A DNA stretch of 64,000 nucleotides from NCBI GenBank assembly GCA_047495785.1, contig JBLDXI010000016.1, forward strand, positions 868,001-932,000, written 5' to 3'. The stretch is from Lepidodermella squamata. Lineage: Eukaryota > Animalia > Gastrotricha. How positions within the stretch are numbered: the stretch's first letter is position 1; each line of letters starts with the position of its first letter. The translations under genes and the position numbers were made by a program. This document shows, piece after piece, positions 53,072 through 64,000 of the stretch. Below the pieces are notes generated by a model. The model worked only from the letters and a program-made list of their open reading frames with translations. It was not told where the DNA came from and ran no database searches.

Positions 53072-53658
53072 GGCTTTAAATTGATAAAATTATAAAGTTA
53101 TGGTCTGGGATTTCAGCAATGTTTCAGTAAATTTAGAAGCCAGCACTCCGATAATGAAAAGCCATAGGAAAATTCGCTGAAAATGTAGCTTTCAATTTTT
53201 GCAAAGTGATATATTTTGGGCTAATTGATCTGAGGAAAAATACCTTGCAGGGTTGTCCCAGACAGCATTAAAAAGTGATTACAGCGAAGCACGGCTGCTG
53301 AATGTAATACGATACTGGCATCGCCTTTCGGATAGAGCATTGACGACAATTCATCAAGTAAATGCGCACTAGGTAAATCAAGTGATTCACAGTACATTTC
53401 TGCTATCAGCCTTTAGTCAACTTTCTAATGGGCTCGAGAGTCCCCTATCGAACGTAAACATTTTACGAATTGACAAAACGGTAATTAAAGAACTTAGGTG
53501 AAAATTTCTTGGACACACTGTATTAACAGATAAAACGGTTCACGGAAAGAAACAGTATTTAGCCTTCGCTCTCGATCATTTCACCGTTTCCGAAAATCTT
53601 GCATCTAATTTCTAGCCGTTGTTGCCTCTACATACAAAACATCGGTTCTGGCCCGGTG

Positions 53659-55974
53659 TCAACATCTCCGATTCGAATTGCCTCTCAACTTGACGCAAGT
53701 TGCGATTGATTCATACAAAAACATCAACATAACTATCAAATTAGTCGCGATTACGTATACAGACGTAACAATAAACAATGCCGAATCACTTGATTGGAAA
53801 CCGGAAAATGCAAAAGACGAGATGAGAACAATAGATACCAGGCCATATACGGTCAACGCATTTCCTTTAGCCAACGCTTGTTCCATGCGATGACTTAGTG
53901 TGGTTTCAGCAATATACGAGAGATTTGATCTGTTTGTCAACCTGCTTGCAGCGGACCTCGGCCGGTCCTTTGTTCGAAAAGATGCGACTGCAAGAATAAC
54001 AGCTGATAGAATCAGACCAGCCTGTAGACACATCAGAGCGATCGCGGAATAGGAAATGTGTGATGTGAAAGAGCATCGATGGACCACCTCGGTGATGTTA
54101 GTGTCATATGCCTCATCGTCCCAAATTGTTCTGATGGCTGTAGCAGTTGGTTTGAATTCGCCGAGGTACCAAGCTTCGATTAGACAAGCATCTGCCATGA
54201 GAATCATGATAAGGAAGCAATAGCCGTAATTCCTATGCTTATTTCCGCCATCAAACTTGATGAGGCAAAGCTTGATAATTAAAGATCCGATTACGATTGA
54301 AAATCCAAACGTCATCAGAGGACCAAGAGCTGTACAGAAAATCGTCAAATTTGACTGGATTGAGTCGTCCCGAGGGTAAGTGAAAACAGAAATCGAACAG
54401 AGGGTCGAGCCGATACAAATCATCGTATTGAGAGTTGCGGACTTATCGATTTTCCGTAACCTCACGATTAATCGAATGGTCCAAACTGCGACTAAGCTAA
54501 TAGCAGTTGAAGTTATCATTGCTGTAAACACCTTGGAGCTCGATTTTTTCAATCGTATGATTTCGACGGGCTCTGTTCTTGGTGGTTTGCCGTCAAAAGT
54601 GGCCCATTTTAGCGGTGATAAAATCTGGAAATACTTTTCTATATTTTCCTCACTTCGATTTCTAGTGATCAGAGCAGTAGATCGGGCTCCTTTCACTTGT
54701 TGCGCAATGACAAGAGGTGGACCAATGGACTCGAACTGTCTATCGACGAATCCAACATCATACAGAAGGCCAGTAGCTTTAATGTTCTCCGTGTTGACTC
54801 GAATCAACTCACGAAGCTCCGAACTTCGGCTTGAATTTGTGATCAAATCTTTGAGTGTTTCATTCTGATTATTCAGTTGAATCTCAACTTTGTGTAGAAC
54901 TGAGGCCGCAATAATGACATCCTCGGCGCATATAAGTCTCCAAGCGTAAGCGTTGTGACGTTCAAATTCAGGAATTTTAGTCCTCATATGATTTAGGAAT
55001 TCGCCTCGAGTTATTCCTATCTCAGTTCGAATATCGTCTGGTCGAGATTCCCCGCTCACATCTTGACCAATATATAGCGAGAACTCAGCAAATTCGAGAA
55101 GTATTTTTCTCGAGCAGCCAGCTGATACAGGAAGATTGGTGAAATCAATCCAGGTGTTGAACATCCAAACATACTTAGGGCCAGAAAGGCCGATTCGGTG
55201 AGCTTCGCAAGCAACTGCCGGGCAGTTATTAAAATAGCAGTTTCCCCAGATTACTCGGACATCGGCTGATTTCAGCCTGGCTAAGGACTCAGTTGGGCTA
55301 TCTACAAAGAACTCCTCAGCTGCAACTTTCTTCCCAGCAGCGAGAGTAGCCCTCATGAAAAAAACAGCATCTTCAGGTGTCGTTTGAACGGCATCAGCTA
55401 AGTATCCGATTTTATTCCAGCCCATGTAGGTCAACAGTTTTGCTCTGAATTTTTCAACCTCAATAAAAGATGGCGCGAAGCGATAGAAATTCGGGTATAG
55501 CTTTCGATTTGTGTAGCGTGGCTCATTGCACCCGATCAGAATATTGATGAAACCGTATTGCTGGGGCAGGCGAGCTGAGACTGAACAAGTAGGGGAGCAA
55601 ATTCCTCCGATGTATATGGGAGGAACATAAGCCACGCTCGATTCAGTGAAATTCTCTGGTACGATCAATGTGCCCAGTACCTGTGAAGCTGGTAGAACTG
55701 GTTTGATATTTTCGTAGATCTGCAGAGACATTTTGGCAGCGGCGGCGGCTGAACACTGATCGTCGCCCAAATCGATTTGAATTTTGTAATTTGGCAGGAA
55801 ATTCGGATTTGAGTTGATTGCTTCGAGAACGAATTTGAGGGCTTCGGTACACATTGGGCCCATAGGGTTGACTCGACCTCCCAATGGCATCGTCATAGGG
55901 ACTTTCAAGACAAAACGCTTTTCGCCAGCTGTGATAGTTGTCAAGACAAGTAGGATAGCTAAGGAAACGTGCAT
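53659..55974 (-). CDS. GABA-B-like class C GPCR, copy 2, intronless
   Basis: Same VFT + 7TM architecture, 771-aa ORF with signal peptide. Confidence 0.9.
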   Translation of the reverse strand: MHVSLAILLVLTTITAGEKRFVLKVPMTMPLGGRVNPMGPMCTEALKFVLEAINSNPNFLPNYKIQIDLGDDQCSAAAAAKMSLQIYENIKPVLPASQVLGTLIVPENFTESSVAYVPPIYIGGICSPTCSVSARLPQQYGFINILIGCNEPRYTNRKLYPNFYRFAPSFIEVEKFRAKLLTYMGWNKIGYLADAVQTTPEDAVFFMRATLAAGKKVAAEEFFVDSPTESLARLKSADVRVIWGNCYFNNCPAVACEAHRIGLSGPKYVWMFNTWIDFTNLPVSAGCSRKILLEFAEFSLYIGQDVSGESRPDDIRTEIGITRGEFLNHMRTKIPEFERHNAYAWRLICAEDVIIAASVLHKVEIQLNNQNETLKDLITNSSRSSELRELIRVNTENIKATGLLYDVGFVDRQFESIGPPLVIAQQVKGARSTALITRNRSEENIEKYFQILSPLKWATFDGKPPRTEPVEIIRLKKSSSKVFTAMITSTAISLVAVWTIRLIVRLRKIDKSATLNTMICIGSTLCSISVFTYPRDDSIQSNLTIFCTALGPLMTFGFSIVIGSLIIKLCLIKFDGGNKHRNYGYCFLIMILMADACLIEAWYLGEFKPTATAIRTIWDDEAYDTNITEVVHRCSFTSHISYSAIALMCLQAGLILSAVILAVASFRTKDRPRSAASRLTNRSNLSYIAETTLSHRMEQALAKGNALTVYGLVSIVLISSFAFSGFQSSDSALFIVTSVYVIATNLIVMLMFLYESIATCVKLRGNSNRRC

Positions 55975-56450
55975 TTTTCGTAGCTATGTCAAGCCATAAT
56001 CATTCCCCATGATGGCTTTAATACTCCGGCTATCAATTATTTCAGTTTCATCGTTCCCGGCATGTGTCGTAGGTGGTTCAAGCATCAGACAGTCGCACGA
56101 CGCATTTGTACTGATATAATTGGCCGAAACTACGTAGACGGTTAGGCTTCCCGTGGGAGTGTGTACTCGATTAACATGCCTTCCTAATTGTAATGGCTCG
56201 AGTTGCATGACTCGGCGGCATACTAGTAACTCATCATTAGGCCTAATGCAATCAGAAATGCGAGAGGCAAGAAGCAGGTAATCAAGGGATTCTCTCCGGT
56301 GTTGAAGGCAGAAACGAGATCTGGGGCCACTGAAAATGCGAAGTCCTAGGGTGTTTTCAGGAGCTGATATCGCTGATATCACTAAAGATACTTTCATTTC
56401 TACGAGAGCGACAGTTTTCTTAGAGAAGGCATAATTACGAAGGCGATCGG

Positions 56451-56685
56451 TGTGGCGAAGCCACCTGTTGAATGTTGAATTTGAAATTGGCGGTCGACCT
56501 TGACCGAACTACTTGGAAGTTTATTGTACCGCCAAATGGCGAATGATGATTGGTCGAATCGTTGTATTTAAACCTTCTGTAAATATTATATTGGGGTTGA
56601 AAAGATTGGAGAAATAAACTAGAGATCGTGATTAACGTGTTTTATTGTTGCCAGTAGAACTACTAGCCTTGGTCTTCTCGCCACA
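56451..56685. mobile_element. Solo LTR, 235 bp, 5-bp TSD ATCGG
   Basis: ATCGG|TGTGGCGA...TCGCCACA|ATCGG; TG...CA inverted termini, internal TATTTAAA and AATAAA. Confidence 0.85.
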
Positions 56686-56950
56686 ATCGGCGATAATCCG
56701 CCTCATATCATGCTGCACTATGCCGTCGGTTGGGAAACTGCTGTGAACTGACGTAGTATGATTCGCATTGTTGCGTGACTCAACTAACATAATTATGCCT
56801 AATTCAACAAGAAAAAAATGGTCCGAATTCGAGTCCTAAATTCAAAGGGGCATCCTCTGATTTCGGACCATATTGTTTCCTGTAACAAAGCAAAAAATTG
56901 AAATTCATTGAATTTATTGGGAACACTGGCAAGAGGCAAGATTCACTATA

Positions 56951-59257
56951 CTATTCACTACAAGGAGCAATATTCTCAGTTTGCGGAAATCTGTGGCCCC
57001 GATCATTTCTTTGTTTCGGATGATCTTTCAACTTATTTTTAACCTTCATTGCTGCGCGAATTTCTTGATGAAACATGAATATTATCATCGCATTAGTCGC
57101 GATCGCATATACCGCTACCACAATAAATAACGAAAATTGATTGGAAACAAAGCCTGATAACGCAAAAGCCGTGATGAAAACGATTGCTGACAATCCATAT
57201 ACCGTGAAGGCATTCCCTTTAGCATCTCGTTCCTTTCGCGTACTCGGCGTCAACACATTAGGCGGTATTTGGTAGTCCTGAATAAATCTACTGATCATCT
57301 TATTTGAAGAACTCTGCTTCTGTGATACATTTTTGCGAAGAGAAATAACTGCAATAATAACAGCTGATAAAATCAGACCAGCCTGTAGACACATCAGAGC
57401 GATCGCGGAATAGGAAATCTGCGATGTGAAAGAGCATCGATTGGCCAACTCGATGACATTAGCGTCGTCAGCGTCATCGTACCAAACTTTCTTCAAAGTG
57501 GTAGCAGTTGGTTTGAACTCGCCAAGGTACCAAGCTTCGATTAGACAAGCATCTGCCATGAGAATCATGGCCAGGAAGCAATATCCGTAATTCCTGTACT
57601 TGTTATCAGCATCAAACTTGATCAGGCAAAGCTTGACAATTAAAGATCCGATTGAGATGGAAAATCCAAACGTGATCAGATGACCAAGGGCTGTACAGAA
57701 GATAGTCAAATTAGGCTGGATTGAGTCATTCAGAGGGTAAGTAAACACAGAAATCGAACTGAGGGTCGAGCCAATACAAATCAGCGTATTGAGAGTTGCG
57801 GACTTTTGGATTCTCCGAAACCTCAAGATTAATCGAATTATCCAAACTGCAGCTAAGCTAATAGCAGTTGAAGCTATCATTCCTGAAATAAGTTTAGGGT
57901 TTGATTGTCCTAATCGCATGATATCGACTGGTTCTGTCCTTGCGGGTTTGGCATCGCGAGTGGCCCATTTTAGCGGTGATAAAATCTCGAAATACCTATC
58001 AATATCATCCACGCTTCGATTTCTTGTGACCAGAGCCGTAAAACGAGTCCCATTTCTCAGTTGTTCGGCAACCATTGGCGGACTAATAGCTTCAAAGTTT
58101 TTATCAACAAATCCTATTTCTTTATCAACAAATCCTATTTCATTAAGTCCAAAAGCTTTGATGTTCTCTGTATTGCTCCGGATCAACTCGCGAAGCTCCA
58201 CGGCTCGACTGGGATTCGCTATCAAATCTTTGAGTGTTTCGTTGTGGCCATTCAGTTGAAGCTCTGTTCGGTGTAAAATGGATCCGGCAATAATAACACC
58301 CTCGGCGCATAGAAGCCTCCAGGCGTAAGCGTTGTGCCGTTCAAAACCAGGAATTTTCGACCTCATATAGGACAAAAATTGACTCCTAGTGAAGCCAATA
58401 TCGGTCGGTGCATCAGCTTGTCGAAATTCCCCGCTCACATCTTGACCGAGGTATATCGATGAATCAGCAAATTCTAGAATCATTTTCCTGCTACAACCAT
58501 TCGGTACTATAGGAGAATTGGTGAAGTCGATCCAGGTGTTAAACATCCATACGATTTTAGGGCCGTAAAGACCGATTCGATGGGCCTCGCAAGCAACTGC
58601 CGGGCAATTGTTGAAATAGCAGTTGCCCCATATTACTCGGACATCAGATGATTTCAGCCTAGCCAGTGAATCAGCAGGGTTATCAACGAAAAACTCTTCA
58701 GCCGCAACCTTCTTCCCAGCAGCTAGAACAGCTCTCATGAAAAACACAGCATCTTCAGGTGTTGATTGAACTGCATCAGCAAGGTAGCCGATTTTATTCC
58801 AACCCATGTACCTTCAGCACAGCCAATCAAAATGTTGATGAAGCCATATTGCTGTGGCAGGCGGGCTGATGTTATACACGTTGGCGAACAGACGCCGCCG
58901 ATATAAAGGGGCGGGACGTAAGCTTCGGCCGATTCACTGAAATTATTGTGTGCCCAGGACCTGTGAAGCTGGTAGAACTGGTATGATGTTTTCGTAGATC
59001 TGAAGAGACATTTTGGCAGCGGCCGCAGCTGAACACTGGTCATCGCCGAAATCGATTTGAATTTTGTAATTTGGCAGGAAATTCGGATTTGAATTGATCG
59101 CGTCGAGAACGAAGCTGACAGCTTCGGTACACATTGGGCCCATTGGGTTGACTCGGCCACCCAGTGGCATTGTCATTGGAATTTTCAGAATGAATGGCTT
59201 ATCAGCTGCTGATTTCGCAGGGATGAGGGAGAGTAAAATTAACGACGCTACGTTCAT
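56951..59257 (-). pseudogene. GABA-B-like GPCR copy 3, disrupted
   Basis: ~14-nt deletion near 58950 gives a TAA at 58943; a second ~91-nt deletion near 58810 removes PRFTNRK...KVLT relative to copy 4; remaining 618 codons open. Confidence 0.85.
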
Positions 59258-60057
59258 TTGATCTGTGTTACCATAATATGTACTGGGACGAAGACTACTC
59301 GAAAAAACATCTTGAAAACAGTCTATATTATCGAGGCGATAAATTATCTATCGTGGAACGTGACGATTTGTTTATATGATTTGAGCACGTAGGTGATGTC
59401 TGAGATAGGATGGGTGAGTGGGATGGAAGTTTTAATTATTGAAGTACCCTTTTATCGTCAGTAGACAAATGAAAAGTGCCAATGTCAGACGTTTACTGAA
59501 TTTTGTTTTCCCCCTGCTATTTTCGATACGTAAATTATCTACTATTACAGAATTTAATCAATTTAAGAAATTCGATATTATCATGAAAAACAAAGTTAGT
59601 TCGTCTTGCGATTTCAAGTCGCAATTTCGCAATGCTAACCGTGATCGGAGTCATATTCGGCGGCCAAGCGTTCCTTGAAGCACCAGTTTTCGTCATTCCA
59701 TCGCGAAATTGATCTGGCCCAGCTGACATGACGCCATGAAGGACAAAGAATTTCGGGTCATTCGCGACTGTGGATATAATGACCTAAATAAAAAAAAATT
59801 AGGTTGAAAGACGAATCCAAGTTGAAATAAACCCTTGGCCAGAATTCTTGGCCAGATTTTTGACAATTTAAGGCTTGTCAATTATGGTGATTTTCGATCA
59901 TCGGCTACAATCTCAAAGTTGGGTCATACTGGGTAGAGCACATGGACAAAATTGATTCCCTGTTTTCTTGAACCTGTTTTCTTGATGTCTGAAATGGTTT
60001 CGTTATTATTTCATCTTTTTTGAATCTAACCGCACACTGTCGCCCACCCCGCGATAT

Positions 60058-60254
60058 CATATCGTTAGCGCCGTTGAGTAACTCGGATTTAGGCTTGTTT
60101 ACACCTGTTTCAAGGTCACGCGTGACAAGTAAAAAGGCGCCTTTTTAACGTGAATAAAAAGGCAACAACAGAACATTTTTTACTTGTCACCTATCAACTT
60201 GAAATACATATAAACAGGCCTGCATCCGAGTTATTCAACGGCGCTAACGATATG
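60058..60254. mobile_element. Palindromic MITE (~197 bp)
   Basis: catatcgttagcgccgttgagtaactcggat...atccgagttattcaacggcgctaacgatatg, with pairing continuing towards the centre. Confidence 0.75.
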
Positions 60255-60509
60255 CCATTGTCCTATACCTTAATAGTAACTGACCTGCAATTATATGTTG
60301 CCTTTCGATTTTCAACTATGTCGAGCTGCCCTCTCTTGGCTACAGCTCTTGAATAAATAAATAAATAAGTATATATATATAAAAAATCTCTATTTTTACT
60401 ATCATCACATTATCATTTCTCCGTTCCAATTATTATGCAAATCATTCATAGCCTCAATCGCGGCTGGCTTGACAATATTCGACAATTATCATATCATGTT
60501 TCAAGCCCG

Positions 60510-62840
60510 TTATCGATATTTCCGTTTCGAATTATTTTTCAAAGTTGCACAAGTTGCAAGCAACTCGTACGAAAACATGAATGTAACTATTAAATTACTT
60601 GCGACTGTGTATAGCGACATGACAATAAACAACGCGAATGCGTCTGTATTGAAAACTGAGAAGGCGAAAGACGAGATGAGAACGATTGAGACCAGGCCAC
60701 ATACGGTGAGAGAGTTTCCTTTCGCGCGGACTTTTTCCAGGCGATGATTTAGGGTTTTTGTAGCTACAAAAGAGTCGTTTGATCTGTTTGTCAACCTGCT
60801 TATAACATTCCTCGGCAATTCTTTTTTTCGACGAGCAACAAACGCAAGGATAACAGCTGACAAAATTAGGAAAGCATGAATAACAAAAGTTGCGATTGCA
60901 GAGTAAGATACCGGTTTTTCTCGCAATGAGAAAGAACATCTATTGACCGACTCTGTAATTTGCGCATCGAAAACTTCATCAGTCCAAACATTTTGGAAAG
61001 CCGTAACAGTCGGCTTAAATTCACCTAAATACCAGGCTTCAATAAGACAAGCATCTGCCATGAGGATCACGATCAGGAAAAAATATCCGTGATATTTATA
61101 CTTGTCATCAGTATCAAACCTGTTGAGGCAAAGCTTGACAATTAAAGATCCGAAGACGATGGATAACTCGAATATAATCAGAGGGCAAAGAGCTGTGCAA
61201 TAGATTGTCAAATTCGACTGGATCGAGTCGTTAAGAGGGTAAGTGAATACAGAAATCGAACTGAGGGTCGAGCCAAAACAAATCAGGGTATTCATTGCGG
61301 CAAACTTTTCGATTTTCCTTATATTCATGATTAATCGAATCAGCCAAACTCCGGTGAAGCTTAAAGCAGAAGAAGCTATAAATGCCGTAGTAATCCTACC
61401 ATCTGATTGTTTCAGGCGTGCAATTTTGACTGCTTCCGCCCTGGGGGGCTTACCATCAAAAGTGGCCCATTTTAGCGGGGACAAAATCTCGAAATATTTG
61501 TCCATATTTTCCTCACTTCGATTTCTTGTAACAAGAGCAGTAAAACGAGTCCCATTTCTCGGCTGCTCAACAACCAGAGGTGGGTTAATCGATTCGAACT
61601 GCCTATCAACAAATCCTACTTCGCTAAATCCGAATGCTCTGATGTTCTCAGTATTGCTTCGGATCAGCTCTCGAAGTTCTGAAGCTCGACTGGAATTCGC
61701 TATTAGATCTATTAATGTTTCGTTTTGACTGTTCAGTTGGATCTCCGTTCGGTGAAGAATTGATCCAGCAATAAATAAATTTTCGGCGCATGCAAGCCTT
61801 AATGGGTATGCGCTGTGCCGTTCAAAATCAGGAATTTTCGACCTCATATGGGACAAGTATTGTCTCCTTGTAAAACCAATATCATTTGGCGCATCAGCTG
61901 GGCGAAATTCTCCATTCATATCCAGACCAAGGTATATGGATAAATCAGCGAATTCTAGAATAACTTTCCTGCTACAACCATTCGGTACTATAGGAGAATT
62001 GGTGAAGTCGATCCAAGTGTTGAACATCCATACGATTTTAGGGCCGTAAAGACCGATTCGGTGAGCTTCGCAAGCAACTAAAGGGCAATTGTTGAAATAA
62101 CAGTTTCCCCAGATTACTCGGACATCGGCTGATTTCAGCCTGGCTAAAGATTCAGCTGGGTTGTCAACGAAAAACTCCTCAGCAGCGACTATTTTCCCAG
62201 CAGCTAGAACAGCTCTCATGAAAAACACAGCATCTTCAGGTGTTGATTGAACTGCATCAGCAAGGTAGCCGATTTTATTCCAACCCATGTAGGTCAACAC
62301 TTTGGCTCTGAATTTTTCCACCTCAACGAAAGAGGGCGAGAAGCGGTAGAAATTTGGGTATAGCTTTCGATTTGTGAAGCGAGGCTCATTGCATCCGACC
62401 AGGATGTTGATGAAACCATACTGCTGAGGCAGGCGGGCTGATGTTATACACGTTGGCGAACAAATGCCGCCGAGATACAGGGGTGGGACATAGGCTTCGA
62501 CAGATTCACTGAAATTATTCGCAGGCAGGGTCAATGTTCCAAGTACTTGAGATGCTGGTAGAACTGGCTTAATATTTTCGTAAATCTGAAGTGACATTCT
62601 GGCAGCGGCCGCGGCTGAACACTGATCGTCACCTAAATCGATTTGAATTTTGTAATTAGGCAGGAAATTCGGATTTGAATTGATCGCCTCGAGAACAAAG
62701 CTGACAGCTTCGGTGCACATTGGGCCCATTGGGTTGACTCGGCCACCCAGGGGCATTGTCATTGGGATTTTTAGAATAAAAGGCTTTTCCCCACCTGCGC
62801 TAGCTATCAAAACAAGAAGGCTCACTGAAGAAACATTCAT
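60510..62840 (-). CDS. GABA-B-like class C GPCR, copy 4, intronless
   Basis: Open VFT + 7TM ORF; signal peptide from MNVSSVSLL (62840). Confidence 0.9.
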   Translation of the reverse strand: MNVSSVSLLVLIASAGGEKPFILKIPMTMPLGGRVNPMGPMCTEAVSFVLEAINSNPNFLPNYKIQIDLGDDQCSAAAAARMSLQIYENIKPVLPASQVLGTLTLPANNFSESVEAYVPPLYLGGICSPTCITSARLPQQYGFINILVGCNEPRFTNRKLYPNFYRFSPSFVEVEKFRAKVLTYMGWNKIGYLADAVQSTPEDAVFFMRAVLAAGKIVAAEEFFVDNPAESLARLKSADVRVIWGNCYFNNCPLVACEAHRIGLYGPKIVWMFNTWIDFTNSPIVPNGCSRKVILEFADLSIYLGLDMNGEFRPADAPNDIGFTRRQYLSHMRSKIPDFERHSAYPLRLACAENLFIAGSILHRTEIQLNSQNETLIDLIANSSRASELRELIRSNTENIRAFGFSEVGFVDRQFESINPPLVVEQPRNGTRFTALVTRNRSEENMDKYFEILSPLKWATFDGKPPRAEAVKIARLKQSDGRITTAFIASSALSFTGVWLIRLIMNIRKIEKFAAMNTLICFGSTLSSISVFTYPLNDSIQSNLTIYCTALCPLIIFELSIVFGSLIVKLCLNRFDTDDKYKYHGYFFLIVILMADACLIEAWYLGEFKPTVTAFQNVWTDEVFDAQITESVNRCSFSLREKPVSYSAIATFVIHAFLILSAVILAFVARRKKELPRNVISRLTNRSNDSFVATKTLNHRLEKVRAKGNSLTVCGLVSIVLISSFAFSVFNTDAFALFIVMSLYTVASNLIVTFMFSYELLATCATLKNNSKRKYR

Positions 62841-63868
62841 TTTTTCGTAGAAGCTATGAAAATTCAAAATCAGAGGGAATCCTTTCTTAAGATGACTTAA
62901 TTACTTCGGCGTTAGCTATCTCACATCAGTCTTAGCGTGCTGCACTATGCCGTGGGCGTGTCAGAAGATAGGGAACTGCTGTAAAGTTATGCAGTATAAT
63001 CAGCCGATATTATGAAGCCATATATAATTCACCTAGGATGTGGCACGCTTCGCATTGCTGCGTCACTCATCGAAACATAATTAGGCCTAATTCGCCAGAG
63101 ACAAGCAATCAGGAAAGAGACAAGTATCAGAACGAAGCTCATCGCCTGTAAGAAGGAGAACAAGTACCAAGCGAAATGACCCCAACGGAAAATGCACATC
63201 ATCAGGCCCACCCAAGTTTCCTCCACGCGCCCGCTCTGCTTTATCGACGCAATGCAACAAGCTGTGCTGATTTGTAAATGCGTTCTGTACTCCGGTACAC
63301 GAGATGACAACCGCATCGTATTAAAAAATGCAGGCTATATATAATAATGACATTGAATTTACAAAATATCCTGCTTCATGCGTATGTAACGGGCTCGAAT
63401 GATCTCGGCAAGAGACGGCGGACGACTTCGACAACTGGCAGCTTTTAGTTATAGTAACTTCCTCATTTGTGCACCTCACAACAGCATTAGTAGGTTTTAT
63501 ATCAAGGGCTATCAGTGCCTTTGGCTTGAGTAACAGCCCGATTTACCAACAAGATGGCGCCGGATGAATTCACGTTGATGTTTAAGCTGAACGAAGAGCT
63601 ACAGCTGCCGTAATTTCGAACCAATGTTTAAACCGACCTACACGTCCGAGCGAGACTAAGCATGCCGTACCGTGGCCCGCACTTGTGGAATCAAATGCCT
63701 TCGAGCGTTCACGAAACGGAGTCAGCAAAGGCGTGTCGCCAAGCTGCTTATCTACACTACTGCAACATTAATGCCGTGTCGCTCTACTCTGATTGTTGAA
63801 TATTCATATATTTTCACATTTTTCATGTTATGTTGAATGCTTTATGTTGAATGGGGAAAATGCTTTCT

Positions 63869-63982
63869 GCCATCAATTTTGGGACTTTCACCATCAAATT
63901 TGGGCTTTTACCAACGAAACCAATGTCGCCATCAATTTAGGTACTTTCGCCAACAAATTGGCTTTTCTCGCCAACAAATCCG
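63869..63982. repeat. Degenerate ~21-bp minisatellite
   Basis: GCCATCAATTTTGGGACTTTC / CCATCAAATTTGGGCTTTTA / GCCATCAATTTAGGTACTTTC / GCCAACAAATTGGCTTTTCTC. Confidence 0.6.
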
Positions 63983-64000
63983 AAAATACCCGCTGATTTA

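Noticed and set aside
55984-56397. 137-aa ORF, and similarly 63029-63316 and 28877-29182
   Set aside because: No recognisable motifs, splice structure or paralogues; not supportable as genes
54380-61728. Three similar plus-strand ORFs of ~160 aa (54380, 57789, 61243)
   Set aside because: Antisense to homologous parts of the GABA-B-like paralogues; similarity follows from the sense genes

Overview
Gene-dense eukaryotic (invertebrate metazoan-type) genomic DNA with ~50-60 nt GT-AG introns; the species cannot be determined from the window. Left part: PCNA, an APC16-like gene, a MARCH1/8 E3 ligase and only the 3' exons of calcineurin A. At 12.6-18.6 kb is a rearranged block built from a non-autonomous P-element-like transposon: 39-bp CATAGAC... 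TIRs, a 31-bp double-end excision footprint inside an 8-bp TSD, a 1.24-kb direct repeat and a 1.7-kb inverted duplication whose junctions mostly fall at element termini. The rest is receptor- and defence-rich: two intronless Cys-loop channels, FFAR4-like class A GPCRs plus pseudogenes, two LamG-EGF paralogues, an LDLa-repeat protein, a SOCS-box protein, a KR-repeat neuropeptide-like precursor, two divergent ADP/ATP carriers, a CARD-like/NB-ARC/~26-ankyrin CED-4/Apaf-1-like gene, a sigma GST with a deleted duplicate, and four tandem intronless GABA-B-like GPCRs (one a chimeric pseudogene), with a solo LTR and MITEs. Top leads: the P-like transposition record, the ankyrin-sensor Apaf-1-like STAND protein, and operon/trans-splicing-like gene spacing. 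All gene models were spliced by eye; no searches were run.
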